Source: a phage
Reading direction: 5' to 3' (one strand)
Sequence record: PX068454.1
Length of the DNA: 64,000 bases
The notes under the pieces are model-generated. The model saw nothing but the letters and a program-made list of their open reading frames with translations, ran no database searches and was not told where the DNA came from. Within the stretch, counting starts at the first letter, position 1, and each line of letters begins with the position of its first letter. This document shows positions 26,592 to 36,510 of the stretch, in pieces. A program made the position numbers and the translations under genes.

Positions 26592-26619
26592 CAAAAAGCC
26601 CCACCCTTTCGGGCAGGGC
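26592..26619 (-). terminator. rho-independent terminator
   Basis: Minus strand GCCCTGCCCGAAAGGGTGGGGC followed by TTTTTG. Confidence 0.6.
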
Positions 26620-26625
26620 CTAGTG

Positions 26626-27108
26626 TTAAACCCGGATACCTATTGTATACTCGGTGGATACCAATGTCAAATCTAAATTTAAAATTTCTTGCATCTCATA
26701 ATATGCGTCCAGGGTGAGATACATTTCCCCATCCTTTTCTACATACTTGTCCAAGTGCTTGAGGCATTTCGGATAACTATCGAGTGCAGCTTTCAGACAC
26801 TCAAACTCTGTGCTGTTGATGAGTCCTTCCATCTTGGCTACCCGTTCTGGGGTAACGATAGCACTGTAGTGAGATTTAGCTTCCTGAATGCAATGGGTCC
26901 AAGCATCAACTTTCTCTTCGAAAAGCCCGAAGAATTTCTTTTTGGTGAGCTTCAGATTCTTTAAGTGCTTAAGCACTCGGTTGCCGATCACAGCCACATC
27001 ACGAAACTTAAGGATCACTTTGTCGATATCCTCGCGGCCTATTTTCACAAAGCAAGCCTCACACATTTCAGGAGCTGCGTAACCTACTTTCCACATAAAA
27101 TCTGACAT
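26626..27108 (-). CDS. hypothetical protein (160 aa)
   Basis: ORF track. Confidence 0.55.
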   Translation of the reverse strand: MSDFMWKVGYAAPEMCEACFVKIGREDIDKVILKFRDVAVIGNRVLKHLKNLKLTKKKFFGLFEEKVDAWTHCIQEAKSHYSAIVTPERVAKMEGLINSTEFECLKAALDSYPKCLKHLDKYVEKDGEMYLTLDAYYEMQEILNLDLTLVSTEYTIGIRV

Positions 27109-27120
27109 AACACTATCTCC

Positions 27121-27519
27121 TTATTCTTCCTGAAAAGCAACGATATCATATGAACTTGCAGACGATCCTGGTGAAGAATGACTCCAGTCTAGGTCATCAG
27201 AGTAGTCAGCGTACTGTGCACCACTACGTAGTTTATATTTTACCCACTTACCTGGTGCAGGGTTTTCACCACCTTCCCATACTTCCCAGCCTTCTGGCAG
27301 GCCGTCCTGGGGATAGTCATCCACCTCACTAATAATCTTAGGGTTTGGCACCAAGATCCCTGCAGGCTCTTCCTTACGGATAAGTGTCCACACAATGTAG
27401 GTGTCTGAGCAGGCGCATGATAGCAAAGTATATCCACTATTCAGAACTTCTGCAAGCTCTTTTTCAGCATCTTCCAATTTGGTTAAGTGGTATTGGATAA
27501 CCTTCACACCTGTAATCAT
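27121..27519 (-). CDS. hypothetical protein (132 aa)
   Basis: ORF track. Confidence 0.55.
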   Translation of the reverse strand: MITGVKVIQYHLTKLEDAEKELAEVLNSGYTLLSCACSDTYIVWTLIRKEEPAGILVPNPKIISEVDDYPQDGLPEGWEVWEGGENPAPGKWVKYKLRSGAQYADYSDDLDWSHSSPGSSASSYDIVAFQEE

Positions 27520-27821
27520 CAGAAACCTCCCACTTCTTCAGCAAATGCAGCTGCTGTCGTCGCTGCATCCAGATAGGACTCTAGTTCACGGGCTGCACGT
27601 TTGTAAATTGAGTGTCGCAAATCGTTTGGCAGTTGGTGGAAGTCCACCTCTTCACCGTTGTGGTAAACATGCACATCGGTAATTTGTCTAAATCCGTAAT
27701 AGTCAACATCAGAATCACGGCACTCCGGGTCTGGCAACTGGACAACTGCCTGAGCTTCTACAGTAAACATATCGTCAAGTTCGAAATCGATTTCAAAAGT
27801 GTATGGTTTATAACGTTTCAT
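27519..27821 (-). CDS. hypothetical protein (100 aa)
   Basis: ORF track. Confidence 0.5.
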   Translation of the reverse strand: MKRYKPYTFEIDFELDDMFTVEAQAVVQLPDPECRDSDVDYYGFRQITDVHVYHNGEEVDFHQLPNDLRHSIYKRAARELESYLDAATTAAAFAEEVGGF

Positions 27822-27881
27822 CGTTTAGTGCTTCCTTAGTTTTTGTGGGGAGGAGTGCCTCCCCTTTAGACTCACATCTTA

Positions 27882-28223
27882 CTACTGAAGGTCTTCAGAG
27901 TCAAGCTCAAAAAGAATCAAACTGTGCATACCTGCAGAGAGATCAACACACCCTGCAACAATAAGGGTCTGATAGTAATGTTCAGCACCCTCGATGTCTT
28001 CGTTAAAATCTACAACAAGGTAGTCACCTTTGTTAAAGGTGTATTTGTCCGATGTAAACGCAAAACCTGCCCAGTCCCCTACTGCAGGATCTTTATCAGT
28101 CACCTTTGTTAGCAGTAGATCTTTTTCACGAGATCTTTTAGTAAAATCGTGAATCACAACATCCTTCTCTTCAGGAGTTGGATTGCCGCACACGTAGTTA
28201 ACTATATTTCTCCACAAACTCAT
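27882..28223 (-). CDS. hypothetical protein (113 aa)
   Basis: ORF track. Confidence 0.5.
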   Translation of the reverse strand: MSLWRNIVNYVCGNPTPEEKDVVIHDFTKRSREKDLLLTKVTDKDPAVGDWAGFAFTSDKYTFNKGDYLVVDFNEDIEGAEHYYQTLIVAGCVDLSAGMHSLILFELDSEDLQ

Positions 28224-29590
28224 ACGTCCCCCTCTTCGGCTCTGGTTTCAAAATCTTTCCTGACAATTTTGTCTAAGTCAGGGAATGTTGTATTGTAAAA
28301 CTCTACGACTCGCGGGTCAACAATAATGTCAACTTCTCTTAGTGGACGCAACAAGTTTATTCCCTGTATTGTCTTAACTCTACTCAAAGCGACATACGTC
28401 ATCCCAGGAGAGAAAGCTCCGTTCTTTCCAAGGTCTAGGTTGTAACAATCTAGAGTAAGTCCTTGACTTTTATGAGATGTTACGGCGTACCCAGATTTCA
28501 GAGGAAGTTGCTTGTATGACCCAATCACTACCCTCTCTATAAACTTCTCCATCTTCCTTTCTGCAATGTTGTATCTCTGAGAGGGCTTATACTCGTTATT
28601 CTCCCACAACCTCTGCTCTATGTCAACCTGTGTTCCATCTTCAAGCTCTACCACCACTGCCTTGTTCTTAAATTTAACAATTGTGGCACGTGTTCCGTTC
28701 ACATAATAAGGTACTTTGTGCGTCGGGTCAACATCGTTGGCGGTTATCATAACTTTCATGCCAATTTTCAACTTCATCTCCTGCTCAACTGGCAGGGTGG
28801 AGGGAAACTTACCCTTCATTTCACCAGTGTATACCTTCTCTGGGGCGTTGATGGCATCATAGAACCTTCTGTTCACTTCCTCTGCTTGTTTGTTGGTGGC
28901 GCAAATTGTGAGAGCATCTGTTGGTACACCACCTTTGTAACAGCGAGCATTAAGTTCTGCTACAACCTCTTTTATGCGACGACCCTCACGAACACAGTTG
29001 AGCATTGTGGCAAATCGAATAGACTCCTGTCGGAACTGATCTATTAGGGCTATGTTGTGGAGGTCAAGCTCTTTCCAAGATTCGGTATAGCAACACAGGT
29101 CCGTATGGTAGAAGTTGAAGTAGGCTTCCTTCTCCATAGAAGAGACAACAGGAGGTGCCTGGTAAAAATCGCCAAACAATATGACCTGTATGCCTCCGAA
29201 AGGTTTGTCATTTTTTCGAAGGAAGCGGAGTTTCCTATCCATCTCTATAAACTTATCAGCACGGATCATAGAGATTTCATCGATAATTAGGATGGTAAAT
29301 GCCTTGCTTTTCAAAGGCTTTGCTGTTTTTGCCCTTATTGCGGTCCAGTCTGACTCCATGCTCACACCTGCTGCAAGATCGAAGGTTCGGTGTGCTGTTG
29401 CTCCATTAACGTTTAAAGCGGCTACCCCTGTCGGGGCAACCGTTATGCAAGAGTCTCCATACATCGACTGGATCATGTTGATGAGATACGTCTTCCCACA
29501 ACCTGCAGGTCCTGAAACGAAGACATTCTCACCGCTCATGATTGCAACGAGGGCAGCATCTGTGCCTACATCATACTGCCCTTTTTCCAT
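28220..29590 (-). CDS. SF1 DNA helicase (Dda/RecD/Pif1-like)
   Basis: Walker A GPAGCGKT, Walker B ILIIDEISM, C-terminal SHKSQG..ALSRV motifs. Confidence 0.8.
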   Translation of the reverse strand: MEKGQYDVGTDAALVAIMSGENVFVSGPAGCGKTYLINMIQSMYGDSCITVAPTGVAALNVNGATAHRTFDLAAGVSMESDWTAIRAKTAKPLKSKAFTILIIDEISMIRADKFIEMDRKLRFLRKNDKPFGGIQVILFGDFYQAPPVVSSMEKEAYFNFYHTDLCCYTESWKELDLHNIALIDQFRQESIRFATMLNCVREGRRIKEVVAELNARCYKGGVPTDALTICATNKQAEEVNRRFYDAINAPEKVYTGEMKGKFPSTLPVEQEMKLKIGMKVMITANDVDPTHKVPYYVNGTRATIVKFKNKAVVVELEDGTQVDIEQRLWENNEYKPSQRYNIAERKMEKFIERVVIGSYKQLPLKSGYAVTSHKSQGLTLDCYNLDLGKNGAFSPGMTYVALSRVKTIQGINLLRPLREVDIIVDPRVVEFYNTTFPDLDKIVRKDFETRAEEGDV

Positions 29591-30795
29591 TACGCCTCCT
29601 CGTAAAGAATGTCGATAGTGTTACCGTCACGATCAACTACATATTCAATAGGGTCTCCATCTTTGCGTGCTTCCGGAGCTACCACAATCTCATAGCGGCA
29701 TGCACGGCACTTGGCGCTATTGTGTTGGTATGGCACACTAACCACATCTGCAGGGTCAACCATGACAGTCATTACAGTGCCGTAGCTCTTTGCATACTCT
29801 TTGCTGGCGCAGTGTAAGCCATAGGAGCACGCAGCTTCCGGATCATCCTCTACAAAGTTACGAGGCATGGATACAAAAGCACCCTGGTATTGTGGAACTT
29901 TACCACTGTGCCAATCTACCCACTTGCTGCCGTTAAACTGAACCCCTTTGTAGCAAATGATTCGACCATCTTCTGCAATCTGGATATCGTTGGCCTGCAT
30001 AAAATCGTAGAGCATGTTTACAGATTTTGCAGAAGGATTGCGTAGCAGGCGAACTAGGAATTTCACATAGCGGTCATCCAGCGTTCCGTCTGCATAATCT
30101 TTCTCAATTTTCTTTGCAATGGTGGATCGCATCTCTACACCGTAGTAGTAGAGCTTACCATCTTTCATGATCAGGTTGTCTGCAAGTGTGGTGAACTCAT
30201 TCTTGCGTTCCAGCCAGACAAGGATTTCACCAATTGCCTCATCATATTCCTGAACAGAGATATGGTCGAAGACTTTCTGGTAAACTTCCTCACTTTCGCT
30301 GCGGCGAATTTCAAAAATGCCTTCGTTGCAGGTGATCTGGAGGAGTTCCCCACAAATAACTACTAAAGGCTCGATGCTTCGAGTCTGTTGCTGAGACACA
30401 CTGCTCACCACCTCCAGCACCGGGTCTTTGACTTCTACTAAAGGTTCTTCTGACTTGATTGCCACCCCGGTGAACCCCACACCGTGAACAACACACAGTG
30501 GGTATATCACGCCCCAACGTTTAACGGAACCTTCGCCTAAGTCTAAGATCATGGCGTACTTACCGTTATCTTCCAGCCCATATCGAAATAGACGGGCCTC
30601 TTCACGGGTTTCAAAATCCTCACGGGTGTAGCAGACGCTGTCACGGTCAGGATCGAACAATTCTGGGGCACCCACTGCCAGTGTCCAGGTTGTGTCACCT
30701 TTCTCAATGGCACATGTGAAACCCTTCTTCTCAAGTTCTGCACGGCGGTCGCGTGCTTCTTTACGAGTTTTGAAATGTTCGTAGATGAAAATCAT
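29590..30795 (-). CDS. rIIB: rIIB-like protein
   Basis: C-terminal region (GLHCASKEY..DVVSVPYQHNSAKCRACRYEIV) matches recalled T4 rIIB; directly downstream of rIIA-like gene. Confidence 0.65.
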   Translation of the reverse strand: MIFIYEHFKTRKEARDRRAELEKKGFTCAIEKGDTTWTLAVGAPELFDPDRDSVCYTREDFETREEARLFRYGLEDNGKYAMILDLGEGSVKRWGVIYPLCVVHGVGFTGVAIKSEEPLVEVKDPVLEVVSSVSQQQTRSIEPLVVICGELLQITCNEGIFEIRRSESEEVYQKVFDHISVQEYDEAIGEILVWLERKNEFTTLADNLIMKDGKLYYYGVEMRSTIAKKIEKDYADGTLDDRYVKFLVRLLRNPSAKSVNMLYDFMQANDIQIAEDGRIICYKGVQFNGSKWVDWHSGKVPQYQGAFVSMPRNFVEDDPEAACSYGLHCASKEYAKSYGTVMTVMVDPADVVSVPYQHNSAKCRACRYEIVVAPEARKDGDPIEYVVDRDGNTIDILYEEA

Positions 30796-30805
30796 CTTGG
30801 TCTCC

Positions 30806-32788
30806 TTATTTGATGTTATTCTTTGTATCGATCAGTTCACGGTATTCAATCATAGCAGGAGTGTCCCAATATTTCAAGCCTACATGCTTCAAAAGCGGGT
30901 ATTTCTTTTCCAATCTTGCAATATAGGCCTTCCCGCATTTAACTCGGTTGGCGATTAAGATTTTGGCACGATGATTTAGCTCACTGTGCTTCCACGTGGT
31001 GTTACCTTCCCACTTGTGGAAATGTGGCCGATAATTTCCAAAATCTTGCATGGGAATAATTTTCCCTAATTGTCTATACAGGCTGTCATAAGAAGTCTCA
31101 TTTGCTGCACGGGTCAGTAAGAATTTCCAAGCATCCTCTTTCAACAGGTGCTCCACATTCTTCTCTGTAACATACTGGCAATCAGGATCAGTCCAAAGCA
31201 GACGAGATTCAGATACCAGATACAGATCTTCACCTTCAGGAATCTGAAGTGCCGCACGTACACGGTCATAATCTTGCTGGTAGATGTTACTCATCTGCCC
31301 CAGCCAACAACTTCCACGTTGGATATCACCCTCATAAGGGATGCAGTGTTTAATCTTCCGGAACTCTGCCTTAGTAATACGCTCACGGCGGAAGTAACCA
31401 TCCTTCTCAAGTTTTTTAACCCAATAGCCTGGCTCATAACGAGTTTTGGTTTCACCTTTCTTCGCAGGTCGGCGTGGAAGCTCCGATAACAATTTGACCG
31501 TATCTGCAAAGAACGGATGGTGTGCCGCCTCTTTAAACTCTTTCACCAGATCCGTGTTCCGGCAATAGAAAACGTTGCGTCCGGTGATCTCGCTTAAGTA
31601 GTTACACTTATTCCGGTTATATTTGCCGTCTCCGTCGTTAAATACAAGGTATACACCTCGTAAGAACTCCGACTTTCCGTAACGAGCATAGCCTATGCGG
31701 CCTTTATTTAAGCCGCCAGCGAAAATTTCACAATCGCCTAAGTCGCCAAGCCCTGTTTCTTCCCAACGGTTCCACATAAAGTTCTTGCCGAAGATGTGTC
31801 CGAACACTCCACTATTCTTCATCATTTCACGTGCTTCTGCGGAGGTTTTTGCCGTCTCCAGTTCTGCAACAACTTCTGCCCCGCGAAGACGTATACCTTC
31901 TTTGACAAATGCCTCCAGGCGATCCTGGAATCCACCGTCGTCATGGCCCTCTATGGTCCATTCACGCCCAGGGTTAATATTGCAATCCCCAATAGGAATT
32001 TCCACGCAGATTGCAGGGTAATCGGTCAATGTCTCCAGGAACTTGGAGCGGTAAGGTTGGTGACCCATCACAACACGGCTCTCATCAGAACTGGTATAAC
32101 CTTTCAGGATGGTCATTTTCCAGCCATCCTTCTCGTAATGATACTGTGCCTCAACCTTGTCACCTTCTAACATCTTACTGGTCATGGGATCGGTGACAGT
32201 GAACGGAAATTTTGCATAGCGCAGGCATGATGCAATAGCGGTGCGATATTTCAGAACATGCTCTTTCTTAACATGAAACTGAACTTTTACCCCGTTGTGC
32301 TCTTCAGTCTTCCGCTCACGGATCTTGGTGACATTTGGGATACCCTGGTCCAAGAACAATAGGTATGTGCTTTCCACACCGTTGTGCACACTGATTACAT
32401 CGAAAGTGTCCACCATGCTGAACGGGGCCTTTGAACCAACACCTTTATTGCCTACCAGAGCGTTGCTGTTGCGCTTGGTCGACTCACCGAGGTTCATGAA
32501 AGTGTTACGGACCATCTCTTCTGACATGCCTAATCCAACGTCCTGCACAAAGAAGTATGGTTCAAGGTCTGTAGGAGAGTGAATGATGATCGGTACATCA
32601 CCTCGTCCAGACTCAACATGTGAGTCCACAGCATTGAAGATCGGTTCACGGCAGCTTGCCAGTACCTTATCTTCATAAATCCCTTTGATGATTAGCCCAA
32701 AAGTCTCTTTGTTCAGAGAAATTGATCCCCTGGTTACCTCCATATTCCCAGTTAGCACCGCTTTAGTTTCATTGCTGTTTACAATCAT
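30806..32788 (-). CDS. rIIA: rIIA-like protein with N-terminal GHKL ATPase domain
   Basis: Bergerat motifs E..N..D (REPIFNAVD), DxGxGM (DVGLGMSEE), GxGxGSKxPF (GNKGVGSKAPF); N-terminus resembles T4 rIIA. Confidence 0.75.
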   Translation of the reverse strand: MIVNSNETKAVLTGNMEVTRGSISLNKETFGLIIKGIYEDKVLASCREPIFNAVDSHVESGRGDVPIIIHSPTDLEPYFFVQDVGLGMSEEMVRNTFMNLGESTKRNSNALVGNKGVGSKAPFSMVDTFDVISVHNGVESTYLLFLDQGIPNVTKIRERKTEEHNGVKVQFHVKKEHVLKYRTAIASCLRYAKFPFTVTDPMTSKMLEGDKVEAQYHYEKDGWKMTILKGYTSSDESRVVMGHQPYRSKFLETLTDYPAICVEIPIGDCNINPGREWTIEGHDDGGFQDRLEAFVKEGIRLRGAEVVAELETAKTSAEAREMMKNSGVFGHIFGKNFMWNRWEETGLGDLGDCEIFAGGLNKGRIGYARYGKSEFLRGVYLVFNDGDGKYNRNKCNYLSEITGRNVFYCRNTDLVKEFKEAAHHPFFADTVKLLSELPRRPAKKGETKTRYEPGYWVKKLEKDGYFRRERITKAEFRKIKHCIPYEGDIQRGSCWLGQMSNIYQQDYDRVRAALQIPEGEDLYLVSESRLLWTDPDCQYVTEKNVEHLLKEDAWKFLLTRAANETSYDSLYRQLGKIIPMQDFGNYRPHFHKWEGNTTWKHSELNHRAKILIANRVKCGKAYIARLEKKYPLLKHVGLKYWDTPAMIEYRELIDTKNNIK

Positions 32789-33285
32789 TTATTGCGCTCC
32801 TTGTAGTAGATATGGCTCCCGAATTGAGCTGTCCTCTGCATCTTTTTTGCCCATTTCGGTCGTACTTTTGTTGTATGGTAGTGTGTTGCTCCGCCTGTTA
32901 TATCCATAGCCATGTATGCAACATGGTTGTTATTATAGACCTTTAGAAGCATCTTTGCAAGACTTTTAGCGTGATCCCATGAATCTTTTTCTGTCACCTT
33001 AAAAGTTTTGCCGTGGTTTGTCCACGAAAACTGGTTAGGTTGGTAGACAATCTTTCTTATAGTGTCTGGGTATTTGGGGTGAGATTTCCTGTTTAGTGTG
33101 GCAAATCCGGATGCCAGCATACCCATCGTGCCATCCCCTCTAGCCTCCCTGTAGATATTGCATGCTAGAATGTTTTCCTTAGTATCCGACGGCTTGCAAG
33201 TGTGATATACTTTTTGTTTTGGTGCTGCAACAACAGGCAGCGATAAAAATGCGCTCAAAATAATAGCAAAGATTTTAATTTTCAC
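32785..33285 (-). CDS. secreted cell-wall hydrolase (SleB/CwlJ-like)
   Basis: Signal peptide MKIKIFAIILSAFLSLPVVAAP; motifs NIYREARGD and GMLASGFATLNR. Confidence 0.7.
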   Translation of the reverse strand: MKIKIFAIILSAFLSLPVVAAPKQKVYHTCKPSDTKENILACNIYREARGDGTMGMLASGFATLNRKSHPKYPDTIRKIVYQPNQFSWTNHGKTFKVTEKDSWDHAKSLAKMLLKVYNNNHVAYMAMDITGGATHYHTTKVRPKWAKKMQRTAQFGSHIYYKERNK

Positions 33286-33289
33286 AATA

Positions 33290-33322
33290 ACTCCAAATAG
33301 AAAATCCCCGCCGAAGCGGGGT
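33290..33322 (-). terminator. rho-independent terminator
   Basis: Hairpin CCCCGC-TTCG-GCGGGG followed by T-rich run; identical hairpin at 59767-59782. Confidence 0.5.
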
Positions 33323-33334
33323 GTGTCTTAGAAA

Positions 33335-33715
33335 TTAATCGTAGTGTGCCAAAATCTCTCCATCGTTGCAAGTCCCCTCTACGAAGTTGTGAAGATTCAT
33401 GCATTCATCTTGATAGAAGAATTTACCGCTTTTCAGCCGTAGACCAAACAACTCCGCATCTCCACGATGGCAAGCCTCTACAAGTTCATAGATTTCATAC
33501 GGTAATTCCCCATCGTCATGGAAGAACCCCGCTTTATCGTTGACATAGATGAAGAAATAGTCACTGCTGTCGCAAGCGTCCAGTATTTTAAACCAGATTT
33601 CATCCACATCTTTTTCTCGGATATCGATCACACAAGTGGAGCTGCATTCGTACTCCTTCTCCGGCTCCTCGGTCAATACCACCAAGTAGTTTCCCCGCTT
33701 ACCTACTTTAGCCAT
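33335..33715 (-). CDS. hypothetical protein (126 aa)
   Basis: ORF track. Confidence 0.55.
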   Translation of the reverse strand: MAKVGKRGNYLVVLTEEPEKEYECSSTCVIDIREKDVDEIWFKILDACDSSDYFFIYVNDKAGFFHDDGELPYEIYELVEACHRGDAELFGLRLKSGKFFYQDECMNLHNFVEGTCNDGEILAHYD

Positions 33716-33724
33716 ACAACCTCC

Positions 33725-34909
33725 TCAAGCTTTAGCTAAAATGGCGCTAAACTCTTCACCAAACTCTTTTACAATCTTCATCAGGTTTGGGTATGCTTTG
33801 ATCAGCTGAGCAACGATCTTGTCCCTGCCTTTACCAATAAGTAAGGCATTTCCTAAGGCGTTAGGTTTCATCATCGCCATAAAGACTGAGAATACAAAGT
33901 CTCGGTTCTCATCCTTGAAATTTTCCCAAAGGAAATCAAGGAAGTTTGCCACACAGCTGACGAGATCTTCGTCGGAGATACTTGCATTTTCCATCATATT
34001 ACGAATAGCGATACAACCTTCAGACCCCAGAATCCACAAGATGTCTGGCTGCTTAGGACCTACATATTCTTTGCAGCCTCCTGCCATAATCCGACCGATT
34101 TCTGGCAAGTTTCGTTTCTTGGTGTGGTAGGTCCAAATTTCTACCGCTGCAGTGTGACCAATGGCACCTTGTAGAAGGACACGGGCCATAGCGTCAGAAA
34201 TAATACCGCTGTCAAAATCGTGCAAGATGTCAGATGCAGCAACCCAAGAGCGCGGTGTAGCAAAAGATGGACAATTAATCTCAGCCATGGCCTCATAATT
34301 ATCGATGGCCGATGGGACTCTTTTCAGATATCCAATTACCGAGGAGTGCACCCCATTAAGGAATGCATAGTCCTCAATAAACACCTCTGCACTGCTTGTA
34401 ACTTCTACAATGATAAAGCGGTTAGCTAGAGGAGCTTCGAGTGCCGAAAGAACAGCACCGTCTGTAGCACGGTTACCTGCAGCTACAAAAACAGAGCCTT
34501 TAGGAAATGCATAGGTGCCGCACTTGTGGTCGAGCATAATTTGCATTGCAACCTTCTGCAGGTAGTTATCTGCATGAGTAAGCTCGTCTAGAAAGATAAT
34601 TCCGCTCCAGTCCGGATCTGCAGGCCAAAATTCTGGAATTGCAAACACTGTACGTGTAGTTCCATCTGCCTCCACAGGGATAGGCAGTCCAGATAAGTCA
34701 GCAGGATCTTTATCTGACAACCGCACGTCAACCAGGTTGTCATCTCGCTCACCGAACATATTATCAGCAATCTGCTTCATCACCTGGCTCTTCCCCACGC
34801 CCATCGGTCCTAAAATCAGGACAGATCGGTTATGACGCTGGGCAAATTGAACAATGGCTGGCAACTCGCGGACAGTGATTTGACCACTTTCGAATACGTT
34901 TCTCGACAT
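33725..34909 (-). CDS. MoxR-like AAA+ ATPase (CobS-like)
   Basis: Walker A GPMGVGKS, Walker B IIFLDEL; 394 aa. Confidence 0.75.
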   Translation of the reverse strand: MSRNVFESGQITVRELPAIVQFAQRHNRSVLILGPMGVGKSQVMKQIADNMFGERDDNLVDVRLSDKDPADLSGLPIPVEADGTTRTVFAIPEFWPADPDWSGIIFLDELTHADNYLQKVAMQIMLDHKCGTYAFPKGSVFVAAGNRATDGAVLSALEAPLANRFIIVEVTSSAEVFIEDYAFLNGVHSSVIGYLKRVPSAIDNYEAMAEINCPSFATPRSWVAASDILHDFDSGIISDAMARVLLQGAIGHTAAVEIWTYHTKKRNLPEIGRIMAGGCKEYVGPKQPDILWILGSEGCIAIRNMMENASISDEDLVSCVANFLDFLWENFKDENRDFVFSVFMAMMKPNALGNALLIGKGRDKIVAQLIKAYPNLMKIVKEFGEEFSAILAKA

Positions 34910-35178
34910 TAGTAAAAGTCCTCTACTTGTGTGTAAGTGTTTTCAAAGTTTTCCAAAACAGACATCACATCGGATCTGTCAATATCATACGCAACTCTCC
35001 AGCCATATGCAACCCTTTCTGCTGTTGCCTCTTCTGGCGCTAGTCGTCTGCTGGCATAAAAGAGTGTTGGAGTACACTTTCTTGCTTGCCCTCTAACTTT
35101 CCCATAATAATATCTGTGAATATCTTTGTCAAAATTTAATTCTTTTTCTGCACGAAGTTCGTACTGCTGGTATAACAT
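34909..35178 (-). CDS. hypothetical protein (89 aa)
   Basis: ORF track. Confidence 0.5.
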   Translation of the reverse strand: MLYQQYELRAEKELNFDKDIHRYYYGKVRGQARKCTPTLFYASRRLAPEEATAERVAYGWRVAYDIDRSDVMSVLENFENTYTQVEDFY

Positions 35179-35222
35179 CTCTACTGCTCCTTAAGCAGCA
35201 TCCTTGCTGCCATCCATACCCA

Positions 35223-35603
35223 CTAAAATGCAGTCCGAATCCAGACAAGGTTCTTATCCGCCCAATCATAGAGGCAAGTCATTGCACTATTGAATTGCTC
35301 ACACGGAGGATAATCTTCTTCCATCTTGCGCATAGCAGAGCCTTGTGGGTAAAGCTCCCGTGCTGCAAACCACGCGTCGTAGTCATCAACGGTATCGAAG
35401 TAGTATACAACATCCTCCAACTCAGGATCGAACTTTGAACTATCAGGATCCAGCTGTTCAGGGAACTTGGAGCGTAACTTGCCAGCCACAATACTTGCCA
35501 ACTCGCTAACATGCTTGTTGTCCCACTCTACCAGTTTCCCGTCTTCAGTTATGCGTCCTAACCACTGATCATGAAGGTCAACTGTTGTCTTCCACTGGGC
35601 CAT
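35223..35603 (-). CDS. hypothetical protein (126 aa)
   Basis: ORF track. Confidence 0.55.
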   Translation of the reverse strand: MAQWKTTVDLHDQWLGRITEDGKLVEWDNKHVSELASIVAGKLRSKFPEQLDPDSSKFDPELEDVVYYFDTVDDYDAWFAARELYPQGSAMRKMEEDYPPCEQFNSAMTCLYDWADKNLVWIRTAF

Positions 35604-35605
35604 TA

Positions 35606-35857
35606 TCAGTCTACCTCTTCTTCTCGTTGCAGTTCAAGATACCCATAGGTCTGGATATCTTCAAGGGTGTGGAACTCTCCATCTGCTGCTAAGGCACGGA
35701 CAACCTGGCATAGAGTTTTATAAGGTACTTTCTCCAAACCCAGATTCAGCGCAGGAAAAAACTTATCTAAGTCAACAAAATATACAAACTGTAGCTCACC
35801 AGTTTCAAAAGGCGTATCTTCGATAAACATCTTCTCGGCATTAGTCAAGATCTGCAC
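35606..35857 (-). CDS. hypothetical protein (83 aa)
   Basis: ORF track. Confidence 0.5.
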   Translation of the reverse strand: MQILTNAEKMFIEDTPFETGELQFVYFVDLDKFFPALNLGLEKVPYKTLCQVVRALAADGEFHTLEDIQTYGYLELQREEEVD

Positions 35858-35862
35858 TTTTA

Positions 35863-36219
35863 TTATTCTACCCCCTCTTCTTTTTCTTCAGCATTAGTTT
35901 CAGTGCTACCCCACTCTGGAGTTTCCACCTCGATAGTGAACTCACGCACTACACGGTAATTGCCCATGAAGCGCTCCACTTCTTCAAGGCTTATGGAGAG
36001 GCCATTGGCAACCAAATCTGCAGCACCCTTCTCTACCAGGTAGTCCAGATTGGCTTCCAAGGCTTCAGGCTCAAACCCTGTCAATGCAATCATATAACCT
36101 TCCCCTTCATCAAGGAGGGCAATACAGCCCAACTGATTTTCTTTAAAAAAGCAGTGACCATCACTATTGATTGGTTGCTCATTGCAGTAAATAGCTGCAC
36201 GATAAGTAACTTTAGACAT
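35863..36219 (-). CDS. hypothetical protein (118 aa)
   Basis: ORF track. Confidence 0.55.
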   Translation of the reverse strand: MSKVTYRAAIYCNEQPINSDGHCFFKENQLGCIALLDEGEGYMIALTGFEPEALEANLDYLVEKGAADLVANGLSISLEEVERFMGNYRVVREFTIEVETPEWGSTETNAEEKEEGVE

Positions 36220-36231
36220 TGGTAGGCCTCC

Positions 36232-36510
36232 TTAGGCAACTGTCATTTTACATTCTTGAAATTTTAGCACAAGACGGTGATTGTGTCTAGTGTCTAAAAA
36301 GATTTTTTCAACCATCAGGCACACGGTGTAACCGTCCATCTTGTTGACAACAAAATCCTCAGGGTGAGGGAGAATGTCCCCAGGATTGGGGAAACATAAC
36401 CCGCTCAAGAAGGCATCATCGGTGGTGGACCTGATGGATTTCCACACACTATCTGCCTGGACACTCTCACCAACATAATATACACTACCACATGCCTTCA
36501 TCATAGTCAA
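36232..36510 (-). CDS. hypothetical protein (92 aa)
   Basis: ORF track. Confidence 0.5.
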   Translation of the reverse strand: MTMMKACGSVYYVGESVQADSVWKSIRSTTDDAFLSGLCFPNPGDILPHPEDFVVNKMDGYTVCLMVEKIFLDTRHNHRLVLKFQECKMTVA

